Source: Ruditapes philippinarum (lineage: Eukaryota). From it: a stretch of 64,000 nucleotides of DNA. Positions 1 through 13,004 of this stretch are shown here, piece after piece (within the stretch, counting starts at the first letter, position 1; the number at the start of each line of letters is the position of its first letter). Made by a program: the position numbers and the translations under genes. The stretch covers positions 248,001-312,000 of the forward strand of contig NW_026859203.1 of NCBI RefSeq assembly GCF_026571515.1, written 5' to 3'. The notes under the pieces were generated by a model. It ran no database searches. It was not told where the DNA came from and was given only the letters and a program-made list of their open reading frames with translations.

Positions 1-1872
1 GGAGAAGTGACTTCCTCGCGAAAATTAGGGAGAAGGGAAACAACCCAATGTGTATGCATTAACATGCATGGCTATACATCCTTTAAATATAATATAAACT
101 CAATTAACATCACTTATAATATTTCTCCAGTTTATTAATTTATAGTAGATTAATTAATAGTAGTATTAATTAAAAGTAGATTAATTAGTAGTAGAAATGG
201 CATCTAAATGTTTTTGAGCTGCAAATATGAATATAAAAAAATATTTTTGATATCTATTGAACAGCTATTTATAAGCTTTCTCAAAATATGTGTACATGTA
301 TATATTTTCATGTACATTTGTTGATAATGATGTGTAAGGAAAGATGTGATGATAAAATCAAATTCATATTTTTTCTTTCCTCACTTTTCTTAGAAGATGA
401 AGTCACCTTGTATTTTGATTAATAAAATCTGTTCTATTCTGTTCTGGTAACAGAAATTTCTTTGAACGTCCTGAATGTTGTAATGTCAGATTTATATGCA
501 TATAATTATGCTTATAAAACAATTTTCAAACATCAAAGAATATGTAAAATATGTACTGCAAACATTTGTGCACATTATATTTGATCACTAAAATTACATA
601 CATTCATTTCTTATTGAAAAATTTGACTGAGAAATTGTAGAAAATTAATTTCTAATTACCTCCCTTTATTTTCATGAAAATGTTAAATTCGGTAATATCT
701 TTAAAAATAATGCTTTTTAAAATTTACAAAATTGATAAATCTTAATCTGAGCGTCATATTTACGACATTAAAACAAATATGTATATTGAAACAATAAGAA
801 CTCTTCTTCTTGACAAATTTTGTTGTTATATACGTTACATGATATACGACCGATATGTAGTTTAGCCGGGATGTCTTGCCCACGTGCGTAAACTGTGTCA
901 AATTTGGCATTTCTAAAAACAGAACAATGCCAAACACCCCCACTGTCTACAACATACCAATCGCAAGATTTTTGCGAAATGGTTTTCTTAAATATCAGAA
1001 TCAGTAACTTTCTTTTAGTTTTACTGCTAGGTTTGGGCATTTCGCCCTGTAGCCATGACGTGAGCGACATAACAATTTTACAGTAAAAATTTGATGTTAA
1101 CAGACTGAAATCATTCAAAACTATGATTAAGTTTTTAATCCGGTCGCTGATCATTAATGAAATTGATTATTTTTAATTGACTAACAGTTTTGTGATAGCC
1201 GTGAAAAATCCATTGCACATCGCCTTTACTCGGGTTAAAAACCCACCATCGAAGTGCATCGTGTATATCAATTAGGGAAGATTGCACGTGTTTAGATAAT
1301 CGGGGAAAAAACAATGTATAATTATCTAAACTCGCAAACTATCGCACAATTATACCGTTTCGGGCCGATGCTCTCATTATTTACTGTTTAGAGTAGGCGG
1401 TCTATCGCTTCGCTTACAGGTAGAAGGGAAGTATAAAGCGACGCTCTGATTGGATAATGATAATTAGCGGTCGTCATATGGGCGGATACAATCTCTGTTC
1501 TTTACATCGCTAAGTAATTACTATTTGGAATTAAGATTTTATCGGCGATGTTGACTTCTCTTTGATCAATCGGAAGAGCGAAATTGGAATATACACGGCG
1601 AAGTTTTCGCCTGAATCGCCCTTCCGGATGAGCCCTGTAAATTAGTCTGGTATTAGTTATGTCATAATTTATGCATTTGTCTTCAAAAGTGCCCAGTAAA
1701 TGACCGAATATGATCGCATTACAACTCCGCAAGTTCTTAATTAAAAATTCATTAATTACACAAATGACATTTCATTAAATTTCAGCTATATTGCATACAT
1801 TTCTTCAAAAAGTTGTATACAATTTTAAATCATGCATGTTTTAAAACATTACAGGTTTCATTTATTTCTTAC

Positions 1873-4702
1873 TGGGTTCATAAATTCTTTCAATTTGGTA
1901 ATGGCGTTTGCAAGTCTTCCATAGGCATCAACTGTCTCAGCAAAACACTCCACCATTAAATGTAACTCTTCATTCAAATGTGCATACTTGCCGCCTTCTT
2001 TTCTAAGCTCTTCTTCCTAAGAGTAAGAATAAAATTGAAACAGTTATAGAGATTAGGTATTTTCACTATTTTGTATGGAAGTCAAAATACAACTTTTTTT
2101 TACATTTCACTGCTTTTATCAGGAAAAATTTCACTTTCAGTGCAGTTTTATGCAAAATATGCTAAAACCATATCTATATGATATTTCAATGTCATAAAAC
2201 TGATGTTTTTCCTTTTTAAAAAATGCAATATGTTTTAAGGCATAAACACCCTATCTAATAATGTATGTGAATACTAAGATGACATACCTTTTCATTACAT
2301 TTTCAACATCTAGTAATGGACCATTATGATATATGTACTTGAACTTACTAAATTCTTTGTCACACAGTCACCTGAACTTCTTAAAATGATTCTAAATCAG
2401 GTAGTTAGGAGTCCTAAAAACAAACTTTAAAATATATTTTACCTTAACTTTATCTCTCATTGATCCTTTGCCAAGAATAGACAGCTTGCACCCTGTTTCT
2501 TGTTGGAGCTGTTTAAGGGTACTTCCTTTTGGTCCTAGCAACTTTCCAGAAAAGTTCACCTATAGAAGTTAGATGTAACAAACTATTATATCTGATGACT
2601 GCTAGCATATCTTAACAAAAAAATGCCGGTCATCCTTGTAAAATTATTATAATTTATGCCATTTGCGATATCTATTTCAAATTGTTGAATTTGGTGGCGC
2701 AAACTAAAATTGACACAGATGGAACCCTCACTGCTCAGGGATTTTTTCCAGGATTTTGGGAACATGACCCATACCCATGGAATTGGGAATTTCAGCAGTA
2801 TTTTGTTAAAAATTGGGAAAAAATGCATGACTGAAATTTTGCAGTGATTAAATGGATGTAAACAATTACTGTCTATGATGGCATTTTCAAAGATTTAAGC
2901 ACTATTACAGTGATGAAGTCCTTATTTGCAAAGATTTTAGAATTTTTAATCAATATTTTTATTTTGTAACTTTCAATTGGGAATTTTTTCCTGTGGATTG
3001 AGAAAATAATATTGGGAATATGACCCAATATTGGCTATAAAATTAGCCAAAAAAATCCCTGCTGTCTTCACATCTACAAAAACAAATGACAACATTTTCT
3101 AAGATATGATTACTATACTATTAATTGTTAATTGAATGACTTAAATTTTATTGCTTTTACCTTTGGGAATTCTTTGACTGGAATCCTTATCTTTACAGCA
3201 TTGCTGTGAGGCTTGTCATGATGAAGCTCAACCATAGGTACATTTTTGTACTTGTCTCCAGATTCAACTCTCTTAGTTTCTAGAATAAAGAAAATGCTTA
3301 TGTTCATTAACCCTTATCAATGAATTTGGTGATAAAATAAGATATATGCAATGTTGCAACTAGCCTGTGCGATTGCATGATTTGTGCATATTTTTTGAAA
3401 ATCGTGAATTATAATGAAGTCAATATGGCGTCAGACGATATTTTCAAATTAATTCAGTTAATCTTCATCCTATCTTAAACCCTTTTGCTGTTTGTTTTTA
3501 GTCACGATAATGACTAGAATATGTACTAAATCGCATGTAGCACCCGGCCATTCGTCTGTTTCGAACGAATTCTTCAAATTTTCATTGGTTCTTGCTCACG
3601 GCGATATGAAATGAAAGGTCTCGATACACCGGTTTTATCATGTGACCAGAGTTTCCAAAATGTCTTTGCCAAAGCAGATTTCTGCACCGATTTGAACAAT
3701 TTGTTCGAAACAGACGAATGAAGAGCGCTTCATGACTATTTGCGCAGGTAGGTAATAGAAAAATTATGTTGCGATATTGTTTGCATGAGTTTATTTTTAA
3801 ATTGTACCTTCCCCTTTTAAAATTGATATTTTACCCGTAGAATTTGGTGTTGCGACATCACGTAAGCAATTTTGTGACAGAAATTAACGGTTTGGAATAA
3901 ATTTCTTAAAGTGGACTAAGGGAATCAGAATAGAGTTGGTGTTTATCAATTGTGGATTGAATAAGCTATGCAACGCAGTATAGTTTGTGGAAATTCTTTA
4001 TTTAACAACTCTTTAATTAGAGGAATTTCTCAGGAAAATCTCGCATGAATCTGTGGGTGATCGAAAATTCTCTATTTACCGAGTGATGCCACTTGTCTAT
4101 ATTTATATACATATTATAAGGTTTAAGGTTATGACTTAAATCTCATTTTAAGGTCACCATCAAGCAGCATATAACAGCCAAACACTGTGTGAGCCCCCTG
4201 TGGATGCAATACTGTACATGGAAGGAATAAATTTCTTCCCAATATTTACAAAACACTAACCAACACACAAGTTTTTATGCTGAAGTACAATTTTTCAAGT
4301 CTTATATTTAACTTTTCTTCATCTTGGGTAATTGACTTATTCTGATCTGAATTTTGTTGTAGATCTAGACTCCACTTCTGGCGAGTGGAAGTGGGGACAG
4401 GAACCCCTAAATATCAAGTACATTATCATATTATTGTCGTTTATCTTCAGCGTCCGCTACATCAACGTGTTCCAAGTTATAGAAGCAAGAACTGGGAGAT
4501 GAAATCAATCATTCTCATCAAATGTTAGGACAAATTTTATATGGTCCGGGTTTGTACGGCGTGGTTGCATGCAAATTTTACAGTGAAACATACCTTCTGT
4601 AAGAAGACGTGTGGCGTGTACAAAATCATTATTATCAATCTTCGATAGCTCAATTTTTAATTCAGAAACATAAGGAGACTGGCTTGTATCAGTGGAGTCC
4701 AT
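1873..4702 (-). CDS. KHDRBS: KH domain RNA-binding signal transduction-associated protein (Sam68/SLM-like STAR protein), 3'-partial
   Basis: Exons 4594-4702, 3161-3279, 2443-2559 and 1873-2016, all GT-AG and in phase. They encode QUA1 ([27 protein letters not shown]) and a maxi-KH domain ([11 protein letters not shown]|[39 protein letters not shown]|[25 protein letters not shown]...KEFMNP). Downstream exons were not found and presumably lie left of position 1. Confidence 0.93.
2736..3061. mobile_element. hAT-like MITE in KHDRBS intron 2
   Basis: Terminal inverted repeats CAGGGATTTTTT...AAAAAATCCCTG with internal repeated GGGAA(C/T)ATGACCC. No clean TSD seen. Confidence 0.5.
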
Positions 4703-5911
4703 GATTTGATGATTTCTATGCCGTTGTCGACTCTTTGTTCACAGGTTCCGTGGTTCAAAATGGTGTCACGCTAAAGTGGGTACTACTTTCTTAAGGTCAT
4801 CGATTAATAAAGTTAAAAAGATAGCATGAGATATCAAAATGATATATAGATGATTTGAAAACATAATCATATTATCCAAAATTAAAGTAATTTTATTCTA
4901 TATAAAAACTATAAGTGAAATAAAGCCTAGCTAATAAGGAACTATTTTATCACAATGAATCACTAAAATTACTACACATTCAAATTCCGTTTACAATCGC
5001 ATCTCCTCGGCTCTTTCCGTTAAACTTCGGATAATAAGGCGGCTGACGGAAAGGGACGAAAGTTGCGCTGGTGTTTAATCGAACAAGAGCAATTAAAAAA
5101 GATTTTTCTAAACTATAACATCTTCTTAATGTACATTGATCTGTATGATTGGGATGTTTTAAATACAGAAATTCAGAACTGCTGGGAAAATAGAACGCTG
5201 CAATGGACAGAAAGCTGTCTGCTAATAGCCAAAATTTATATAAAATTATCTTAGAAAGGAGTCAAATTATGCTTAAAACCATGTCATTGGTTTTTTTACT
5301 AAGCTGAAAATGTCTGTATATGTTTGACAGACACTGGCTACCTATAGATTCATTCAATATGTGCCCACTGATGTCAAACTTATTTTCTGAATTAAACTGG
5401 ATGCAAATAATTATAAAAAGGCCATACAAAATAAAAGGCGATTTTAGCATACAATTAAGTCCCTTAACAATCTCCTCCCTGAGATAAATAATAATAAAAG
5501 AAAAATATGATAATTCACAGTCTGAAACATGTTAGAAGTATTCTGCTAAAAAACAAGAGCTTATTTTAACAGTAAATGTATGATTAATGTGAAATAAATT
5601 CTCTTTAAACTTGTTCTGGGGCTTATCAGTAAACAGCTTTTTGCATGAGTAACCTGAAATTGACCTAAGATTCTGCAAGGCGTCTATACTCGTAGAAAAG
5701 GGTAGCCAATGTCCCTCTTAAAATCAGATAGCCTTAATATTATGCTTCGCTGGTCTTTCTATCAGTAGTATAGCGACAGACTGTTTTAATGTGGAAATAT
5801 CATGGCCTGTGGCGCTATCGAGTGTACGTCTTTCTCTACAGAAAATGATCCCCGAGATGCAGCCTTATACATGCCATCTCGAATTCGTGTCACGTATTGC
5901 AATGTTTCTGC

Positions 5912-5947
<36 letters not shown>

Positions 5948-6206
5948 AAGCAAGCAAGCGCGCGTGTGTGTGAGTGAGTGTGTGTAAAATAACATACACC
6001 GTATATATTTATTGATTCTTTGCCAAAAGCTCTTCTTAAGGCTTTAGTACAAATAAAAGTATTTCATATTACCGGTCATGTTTCACTGTCGTGACAGCGC
6101 ATACATACATCTTGTTAACTCATATAAACAACTTGACTGTTACAATTGATTGCCATCTTTTCAGATGTTTTAAATCTATTGAGACGTTCAGTTAACTCAT
6201 AGAAGA
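4703..6206. promoter_or_regulatory. Divergent (head-to-head) intergenic/promoter region between KHDRBS and the C-type lectin
   Basis: The ATGs at 4702 (-) and 6207 (+) point away from each other 1.5 kb apart. A YY1-like CAAAATGG motif lies at ~4757-4764, just upstream of the KHDRBS ATG. Confidence 0.45.
5913..5985 (+). repeat. (TG)n microsatellite upstream of the lectin
   Basis: About 17 TG units followed by CAAG/CG/TG units. The corresponding tract in copy 2 (~11521-11560) is much shorter. Confidence 0.9.
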
Positions 6207-8842
6207 ATGAAAATGTTCAGAAATGTTGAGCTTTTGGCAATATCTTTGCTATTTTGTGTAGGTTCGGGAAGGGAGCCGTTATGTTCCCGATACCATTACG
6301 AGGAACAGATACTTGCAAAAGTTTTACGACTTGAGCACAGAATGGATATGTATGATGAAACGAAAGGTAAAACTTTACTAGAATTAATTAAACTGTTACT
6401 CATTTCTCATTTTGAATCTTTATACAATATAAGTACAATTAACAAGTTTTATTAGGATACTTCATTATAACAGACTTCATATTCTTCAGCCAAGAGTTAC
6501 TTCCAGCTTTAAATACTTTTAGATGTCTCAAAGTCAATTTATACTAAATACGATTTTTCAATTCATTCACTTTATTTTTTTGTAAATTTTTCTGTTTTAA
6601 GTTCCCCAGCTGATCTATGTAAGAAGCTCAAATTTGTGTTTAAAGGGATATGAACCTCAGTTGAGTTCCTAAATTATTGTTCAATAGTCGCCGTAGCCAT
6701 AAAAAACTGAGTAGTAGTATATATGCACGACAGTTACAGACAAAAAATATTTACAATTGGCCGAGCAGCGATTGAAAGGCCCATTAAGTCCCAGAATTGT
6801 TCTTTTTTTTATTTCTCAAAAGCTCAAATATCTGGAGACATGTTAAAATTTCCAAAAAAAGAACTCATTGCCTAATTTCCTGGACAATCTTTTGCTTCGG
6901 TTATTTTTCGGCAATTAGTACAGTTACAGTGATTTATTTAGTATTTTGTACGGAGGTCAAAATAGTTGATAATACTACTTTGTTTACATTTTGCCACTAA
7001 GTCTTTATTGCAAATAATTTCACATTCAGCGCCACTTTCTTCATGTGATAAGCTTCTAACATGTCTAAAACCATTATTAAAACATTGTAAAGCCCATATT
7101 TGCCCTTTCTAAAATAGAAAAAATAATAGTTTCTGAGGCATGATTTGCCTTTAATCTAAATGATATGTTAGCGTCAATTTTTTAATGCGCTATTTAATTT
7201 GATTTCAATCGACCTTAACAATATTCTTTATTAATTTACGAGGTACTTTATTACCTTTTACAGGTGATTCATATTTGCTAGTTCGAAACTCTAATGATAC
7301 ACGTGTCCTTTTATTTGGAGACAGTAACTGTTTTGACAATTGTCATTCAACACTGATTCCAGAAATTGAAAATGTGAAAAGTTATTTGATTTGAAGTAAT
7401 CTTTTTCATGCATACATTTTAAATTACTTTAAATTATTTTAATGTATTCACAGTTCCGGTGCTAACTCAATGTCCTGATAGCTGGCTATCGTTTAAAAAC
7501 TCTTGCTATCTTTTTGTTGACGAGAAAGCTACACATCAAAATGCGAAGGTAAGTATGAAAATAATGTCTAAATGACAATAAGAAATTCAAAGTTATTGAC
7601 ATAAAATATCACATGAAATTATTCAATAAACGGCATATTTAAAAAGACTAGTATTATAATGTATGTTGACTACCTAATACATGCGTATATGTATCGGTGT
7701 TTTATCGGAAATGGAAAGCTCATACTTTATAGATAGAAACATTATTAATAGATTTATATTGTATTTGTACCTATTATTATTATTATTATTCACTAGAATT
7801 TTGTTCTGATATGCCCTAGCTACTGAACGTTCATAATATTATTTTGTTGCAGCTACAAAACGTTTCAAAATTATAGAGTTATGAACATGATTTACAACAA
7901 AATAGTTAATTGAAAACCAGAAGGACTTACAACATGGAAAAAAGAAACATATATGGTTCCATTTGTTTAAACTTGTTATTAAACTAATTAACACACTGTA
8001 TATTCTATTTGTCCGCTAGCAACAAATGGCCAATACCTTATAATTTCAAACATCCACAAAATATGCTTTCGAGTCCATGCTAGAACATTCCTTTAATCTT
8101 TTTTTTTGTCAGCTGCATTGTCTAATGCATGGTGCTCATTTAGTACACGTCAACGACGAAGAAGAGAGTGCATTTCTTTCTTTGTACCTTCATAAATTCA
8201 AAGGTCAGTATTACGTGATGAAATCTGTATGTACCTACAAATTGTGAAATGTAGTATCCTAGGCTATCTCTCAGGATAAATACTCGTTATATCTACATAT
8301 CTATATCTACATACCTATATCTACATACCTATATCTACATATCTTTATCTACATACCTATATCTACATACCTATATACATGTATAAAAATGCTAAAAAGT
8401 GCTGGAACAATAAAAATAATTATACTAAAAATAACTGACATTAACTGGATTTTCTCAATTTAATTTATTGCCTACCGGTTTCTACATACATATATATATA
8501 CATACCTATATCTACATGCCTATTACTACACAACTATACCTATCTATATCTATATATCTGTATATCTATATCTACATATTAATATCTTCATTATTCCATT
8601 TAGATAATCAATACTGGATCGGCCTAACCGACACTAAAACAGAGGGGAAATTTGAATGGGACGGTCATGACACTGCAGTTTCGTTCACCAACTGGATATC
8701 TGGCCAGCCTGATAATTCTGGTGGAAAGGAAAATTGTGTTCACATGCACCATTCTTATGATTACAAATGGAATGACAATGTATGCAGTGCTTTGTTTATG
8801 TTTATTTGTGAAAAAAGAAAATCTCATACATCAGTATCATAA
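6207..8842 (+). CDS. Secreted perlucin-like C-type lectin (QPD/WND, galactose-type), 194 aa
   Basis: Exons 6207-6366, 7454-7548, 8113-8203 and 8604-8842, GT-AG, 585 nt in frame. Signal peptide; leader CSRYHYEEQILAKVLRLEHRMD; CTLD motifs CPDSW..F.NSCYLF, HC...GAHLV, YWIGLTD, NW..GQPDN..GKENC, WNDNVC, FICEK. AATAAA at 8850 and 8987. Confidence 0.93.
8290..8580 (+). repeat. 14-bp minisatellite (ACATACCTATATCT)n in lectin intron 3
   Basis: Two tandem blocks at ~8290-8380 and ~8480-8580. The array is expanded in copy 2. Confidence 0.8.
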
Positions 8843-9843
8843 CAAAATTAATAAAATAAGGCAATATGAATGTAATAATAATTCCCTTCTAGAATTATTG
8901 TATTTGCAAGGATTAATATCACCTTCAAACTAAACAGAAACATTAAGATTTAATACAAATTCCATGAGCATCATATAATAATTATAAATAAACATAATGA
9001 TTAGATTTTTTTCCAATACAGTAGTACTAGAAATGTACAATAATAATGACTTAGTAGCCGTTATAGAAATGCCGAGGTATTTTCCGACGATTGTGTAATT
9101 TTATAAGTGAAATACAATGATTTTTTTATCCTCGTTTGTTACAATTCATATGTTTGAGGTATTGTTTTTACGTATTTCACCTACCTTAAATACGTGAAGA
9201 GGCTTTAAACATACATGTACTTCTTTTGAAACTAATTTTCCTTGCTAGAAAATTGATTGAATAATAACATATCAATATTAAAATTATCACTAATTTTACG
9301 TAGATCCAACCGGACATCTTAGTTCATTTACACACATGATTTCATATTATACATATAAGCATATAAATTCATTAAATAGAGTAAAATGAGTATTTTCTTC
9401 GATGTTAATGCTTTATCAATAGACACATTCATCATTGAGTTTACACGATAATTATTCATTTCACATAATTTTAGAGAAATCGGTCATATGAGCTAGTTTA
9501 CGCAATGCCGATTGTTTCATCAGGCTGTTGCCTGTAGTTATTATAATGCACAGGTGTTCCTCTTACAGTCAAGCTCGATTTTTACCATATAACAGATCAA
9601 TCATTTCTGTATTAATACCCAATAAAAATGTTCTGTCATTGTAAGTTGAGATAAACCCTCCTACTAAGAAGCGGTATATTCTTTTAATATTTCATTTCTA
9701 GACAATCTGAACTGATTAATATTTATGTATATTGCCAAAACAACACGATGTTTGAGATTTTGCTTGTCCTGAGGTATGAACATCTTTTGCCAAGTTATGC
9801 CATTTTTACTTGTTTTATTTTCTTTTTACTAAAACACAGCAAA

Positions 9844-9980
9844 TCACATTTCCTCGTGTTCAATAAAATTTGTTTTTAATTCATCTGCTCTATTAAAGTA
9901 TCTTTTAAATAAAAATACACCAACAGCTCCAATCAACAACCCAAGTAGAAATGTACCAACACCAATGCCAACTGTTGTTC
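9844..9980 (-). other. Duplicate terminal (TM + tail) exon of the large membrane-protein gene
   Basis: 137 nt identical to 19065-19201 except one synonymous change (GGC/GGT). The ccag acceptor and TGA stop are intact. Confidence 0.85.
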
Positions 9981-10223
9981 CTGGAAACAGAAAAATAAAA
10001 TACAAGGTAGAAAGAGATAGACTGAGATCATAGTACTTCAGAAAAAAGAGAAAAGTCCTAATAATAATAATAATAATAATGGAATCAAATGGTTGAAATG
10101 AAATTTAGCACATTCTGTTTAATTAAACATGATCATAGGGGACAATGATCAAAGCATGCTGTCATTCTCTACAAATTGAAAAAAAAACATTGGCCAGTTT
10201 TTGAGTGGACTAAAATCAAATGC

Positions 10224-10406
10224 TTAACTCTCATCCAGCTGGGACCAAGTGATTAGCCTTTGTCACCAGTAAAGGGTCATGCCAAACTGCACACCTCTTT
10301 AGTCTGACCGAACTCTATTCCATAAGCTGACCAAATTCAAAAATTCATCCTGATATCAATAAACTTGCTAATGTAAAGTTTAAAAAATCAGCAGATTAAG
10401 AGTTGA
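10224..10406. mobile_element. Degenerate piggyBac-like MITE (counterpart at ~19458-19622)
   Basis: TTAACTCTCATCCAGC...GCAGATTAAGAGTTGA. The copy-2 version ends in AAGGGTTAA, consistent with TTAA target sites. Confidence 0.45.
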
Positions 10407-10693
10407 TTATATAATATATAGTAATGATATAGTTTACTTCCTGTTTTTTTAGATCTTAATAGAGGATATTGAATGAGTGCAGGTTCACTACTGAATTTAT
10501 TGAACAAATTGAATAAAATTATATTATGCGAGCCTCTGGCGAGTAAATATTATTTTATTCAACAAGTTCAATAAGTTCAGTAATGAAACTACACGAATAT
10601 AACATTCTATTTATCACATAACCAAAATAAAGAATGTTTAAAATGCAAAAGAATCATTTTCATCGACGCGCCTATAGTGTAACGCGAACATAG

Positions 10694-10833
10694 AGAATAA
10701 TAGGTTGGTGCCGTGGATGGAGAAAGTTTATTGGCTCACCCAATAAATTCCTCCGCCTCTTTCGGCTCACCCAATAAATTCCTCCGCCTCGCCAGATAAA
10801 CTTTCTCCATCCACGGCACCAATCTATTATTCT
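10694..10833. mobile_element. 140-bp MITE at the duplication junction
   Basis: ~36-bp TIR AGAATAATAGGTTGGTGCCGTGGATGGAGAAAGTTTA and its reverse complement (1 mismatch). The interior has the direct repeat GGCTCACCCAATAAATTCCTCCGCC twice. Confidence 0.75.
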
Positions 10834-13004
10834 ATTTATCCTGTCACCGTTATTTTAAAAAAGAATTTTATTAGGCAAACTACTTTTAATCACAAATCGG
10901 AAATGTTTCTATATAAACAAAGTAGGCCCGAAGCGTCTGTATATGCTTGACAGATACAGGCTTCCTATAGATTCATTCAATACCACTTATTTTCTGAATT
11001 AAATTGGATGGAAATCTCTGAAAGAGTAAATTATAAAAAGGCCATTTTAGCATACAAAATAAAAGGCGATTTTAGCATACAAGTCCCTTAACAATCTCCT
11101 CCCTAAAGATAAATAATAATAAAAGAAAAATATCATAATTCTCAATCTGAACCAAGTTAGAAGTATTCTGCTAAAACAAGAGCTTATGTTAACAGTAAAT
11201 GTATGATTAATATGAAATAAATTCTCTTTAAACTTGTTCTGGGGGCTTATCAGTAAACAGCTTTCTGCCCACACTATATAAAACATGAGTAACCTGAAAA
11301 TGACCTAAGATTCTGCAAGGCGTTTATACTCGGAGGAAAGTGCCCCTTTTAAAATCAGATCGAGCTGGTCTTTCTATCAGTAGTATAGCGACAGACTGTT
11401 ATGTGGAAATATCATGGCCTGTTCGTGACACGTCTAGCTTTCTCTACAGAAAATGATCCCCGAGATGCAGCCTCATACATGTCATCTCGAATTCATGTCA
11501 CGTATTGCCATGTTTCTGCTTGTGTGTGTGCAATCGCGCGCGCGTGTGTGTGAGTGTGTGTAATATAACATACACCGTTTGTATATAAGGCTTTAGTACA
11601 AATAAAAGTACTTCATATATTACCGATCATGTTTCACTGTCGTGACAGCGCATACATACATCTTGCTAACTCATATAAACAACTTGACTTTTACAATTGA
11701 TTGCCATCTTCTTTTAAATCTATTGAGACGTTCAGTTAAATCATACAAGAAGGAAAATGTTCAGAAATGTTGAGCTTTTGGCAATATCTTTGCTATTTTG
11801 TGTAGGTTCGGGAAGGGAGCCGTTATGTTCTCGATACCATTATGAAGAACAGATACTTGCAAAAGTTTTACGACTTGAGCACAGAATGGATATGTATGAT
11901 GAAACGAAAGGTAAAACTTTACTAGAATTAAACTGTTACTCATTTCTTATTTTGAATCTTTATAAAATATAAGTACAATTAACAAGTTTTATTAAGATAC
12001 TGCATTATAACAGACTTCATTCTTCAGCCAAGAGTTATTTCCAGCTTGAAATACTTATAGATGTCTCAAAGTCAATTTATACTAAATACGATTTTTCAAT
12101 TCATTCTGAGTATATTTCTACTTAATGTTTTGTAAATCTTTCTGTTTTAAGTTCCTCAGCTGATCTATGTAAGAAGTTCAAATTTTGTGTTTAAAGAGGT
12201 GAACCTCAGTTGAGTTCCTAAATTATTGTTCAGTAGTCGCCGTAGCCATAAGTAAAAAAGGTTATAAACTGTGTAGTAGTATATTTGCACGACAGTTACA
12301 GACAAAAAATATTTACAATTGGCCGAGCAGCGATTTAATTCAATTCAATTCAAAAGCTCAAATATCTGGAGACATGTTAAAATTTCCAAAAAAGAAATCA
12401 TTGCTTTAATTTCCCCGGGCAATCTTTTTCTTCCCGGTTTTTTTTCCCCCGGGAAAAATTAAAGGGGAAAAATTTTTTACGGAAAAGGTCAAAATAGGGT
12501 TTATAAAAAACTACTTTTTTTTACATTTTGCCCTTTTTTTGGGAAAATAATTTTCAAAATTCAGTGCCCTTTTCTTCATTTTGTAAGCTTTTAACCATGT
12601 TTTAAAAACCATTTAAATTAAAAAAATTTTAAAGCCCAATTCACGTTATTGCACTTTTTTAAAAAAGAAAATTTATTTCCTGAGAACCAAACTGCCTTTT
12701 TTTAAAAATTGTCATTCAACACTGATTCCAGAAATTGAAAATGGTGAAAAAGTTGTTTTGATTTGAATAACCTTTTTCATGCATATATCGCTAAATACTT
12801 TTTAAATTTTTTTTTAATGTATTCCACAGTTTCGGTGCTAACTCAATGTCCTGATAGCTGGGTATCTTTTAAAAACTCTTGCTATCTTTTTGTTGACGAG
12901 AAAGCTACACATCAAAATGCGAAGGTAAGTATAAAAGTGATGTCTAAATGACAATAAGAAATTCAAAGTTATTGACGTAAAATATCACATCAAATTTTAA
13001 TAAA

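Noticed and set aside
701-1732. Short ORFs in the KHDRBS intron
   Set aside because: No recognisable motifs or splice-consistent link to the STAR protein; probably intronic repeat-derived sequence.
5786-5995. Overlapping ORFs with CVCV/HTHT runs
   Set aside because: Translation of the TG microsatellite.
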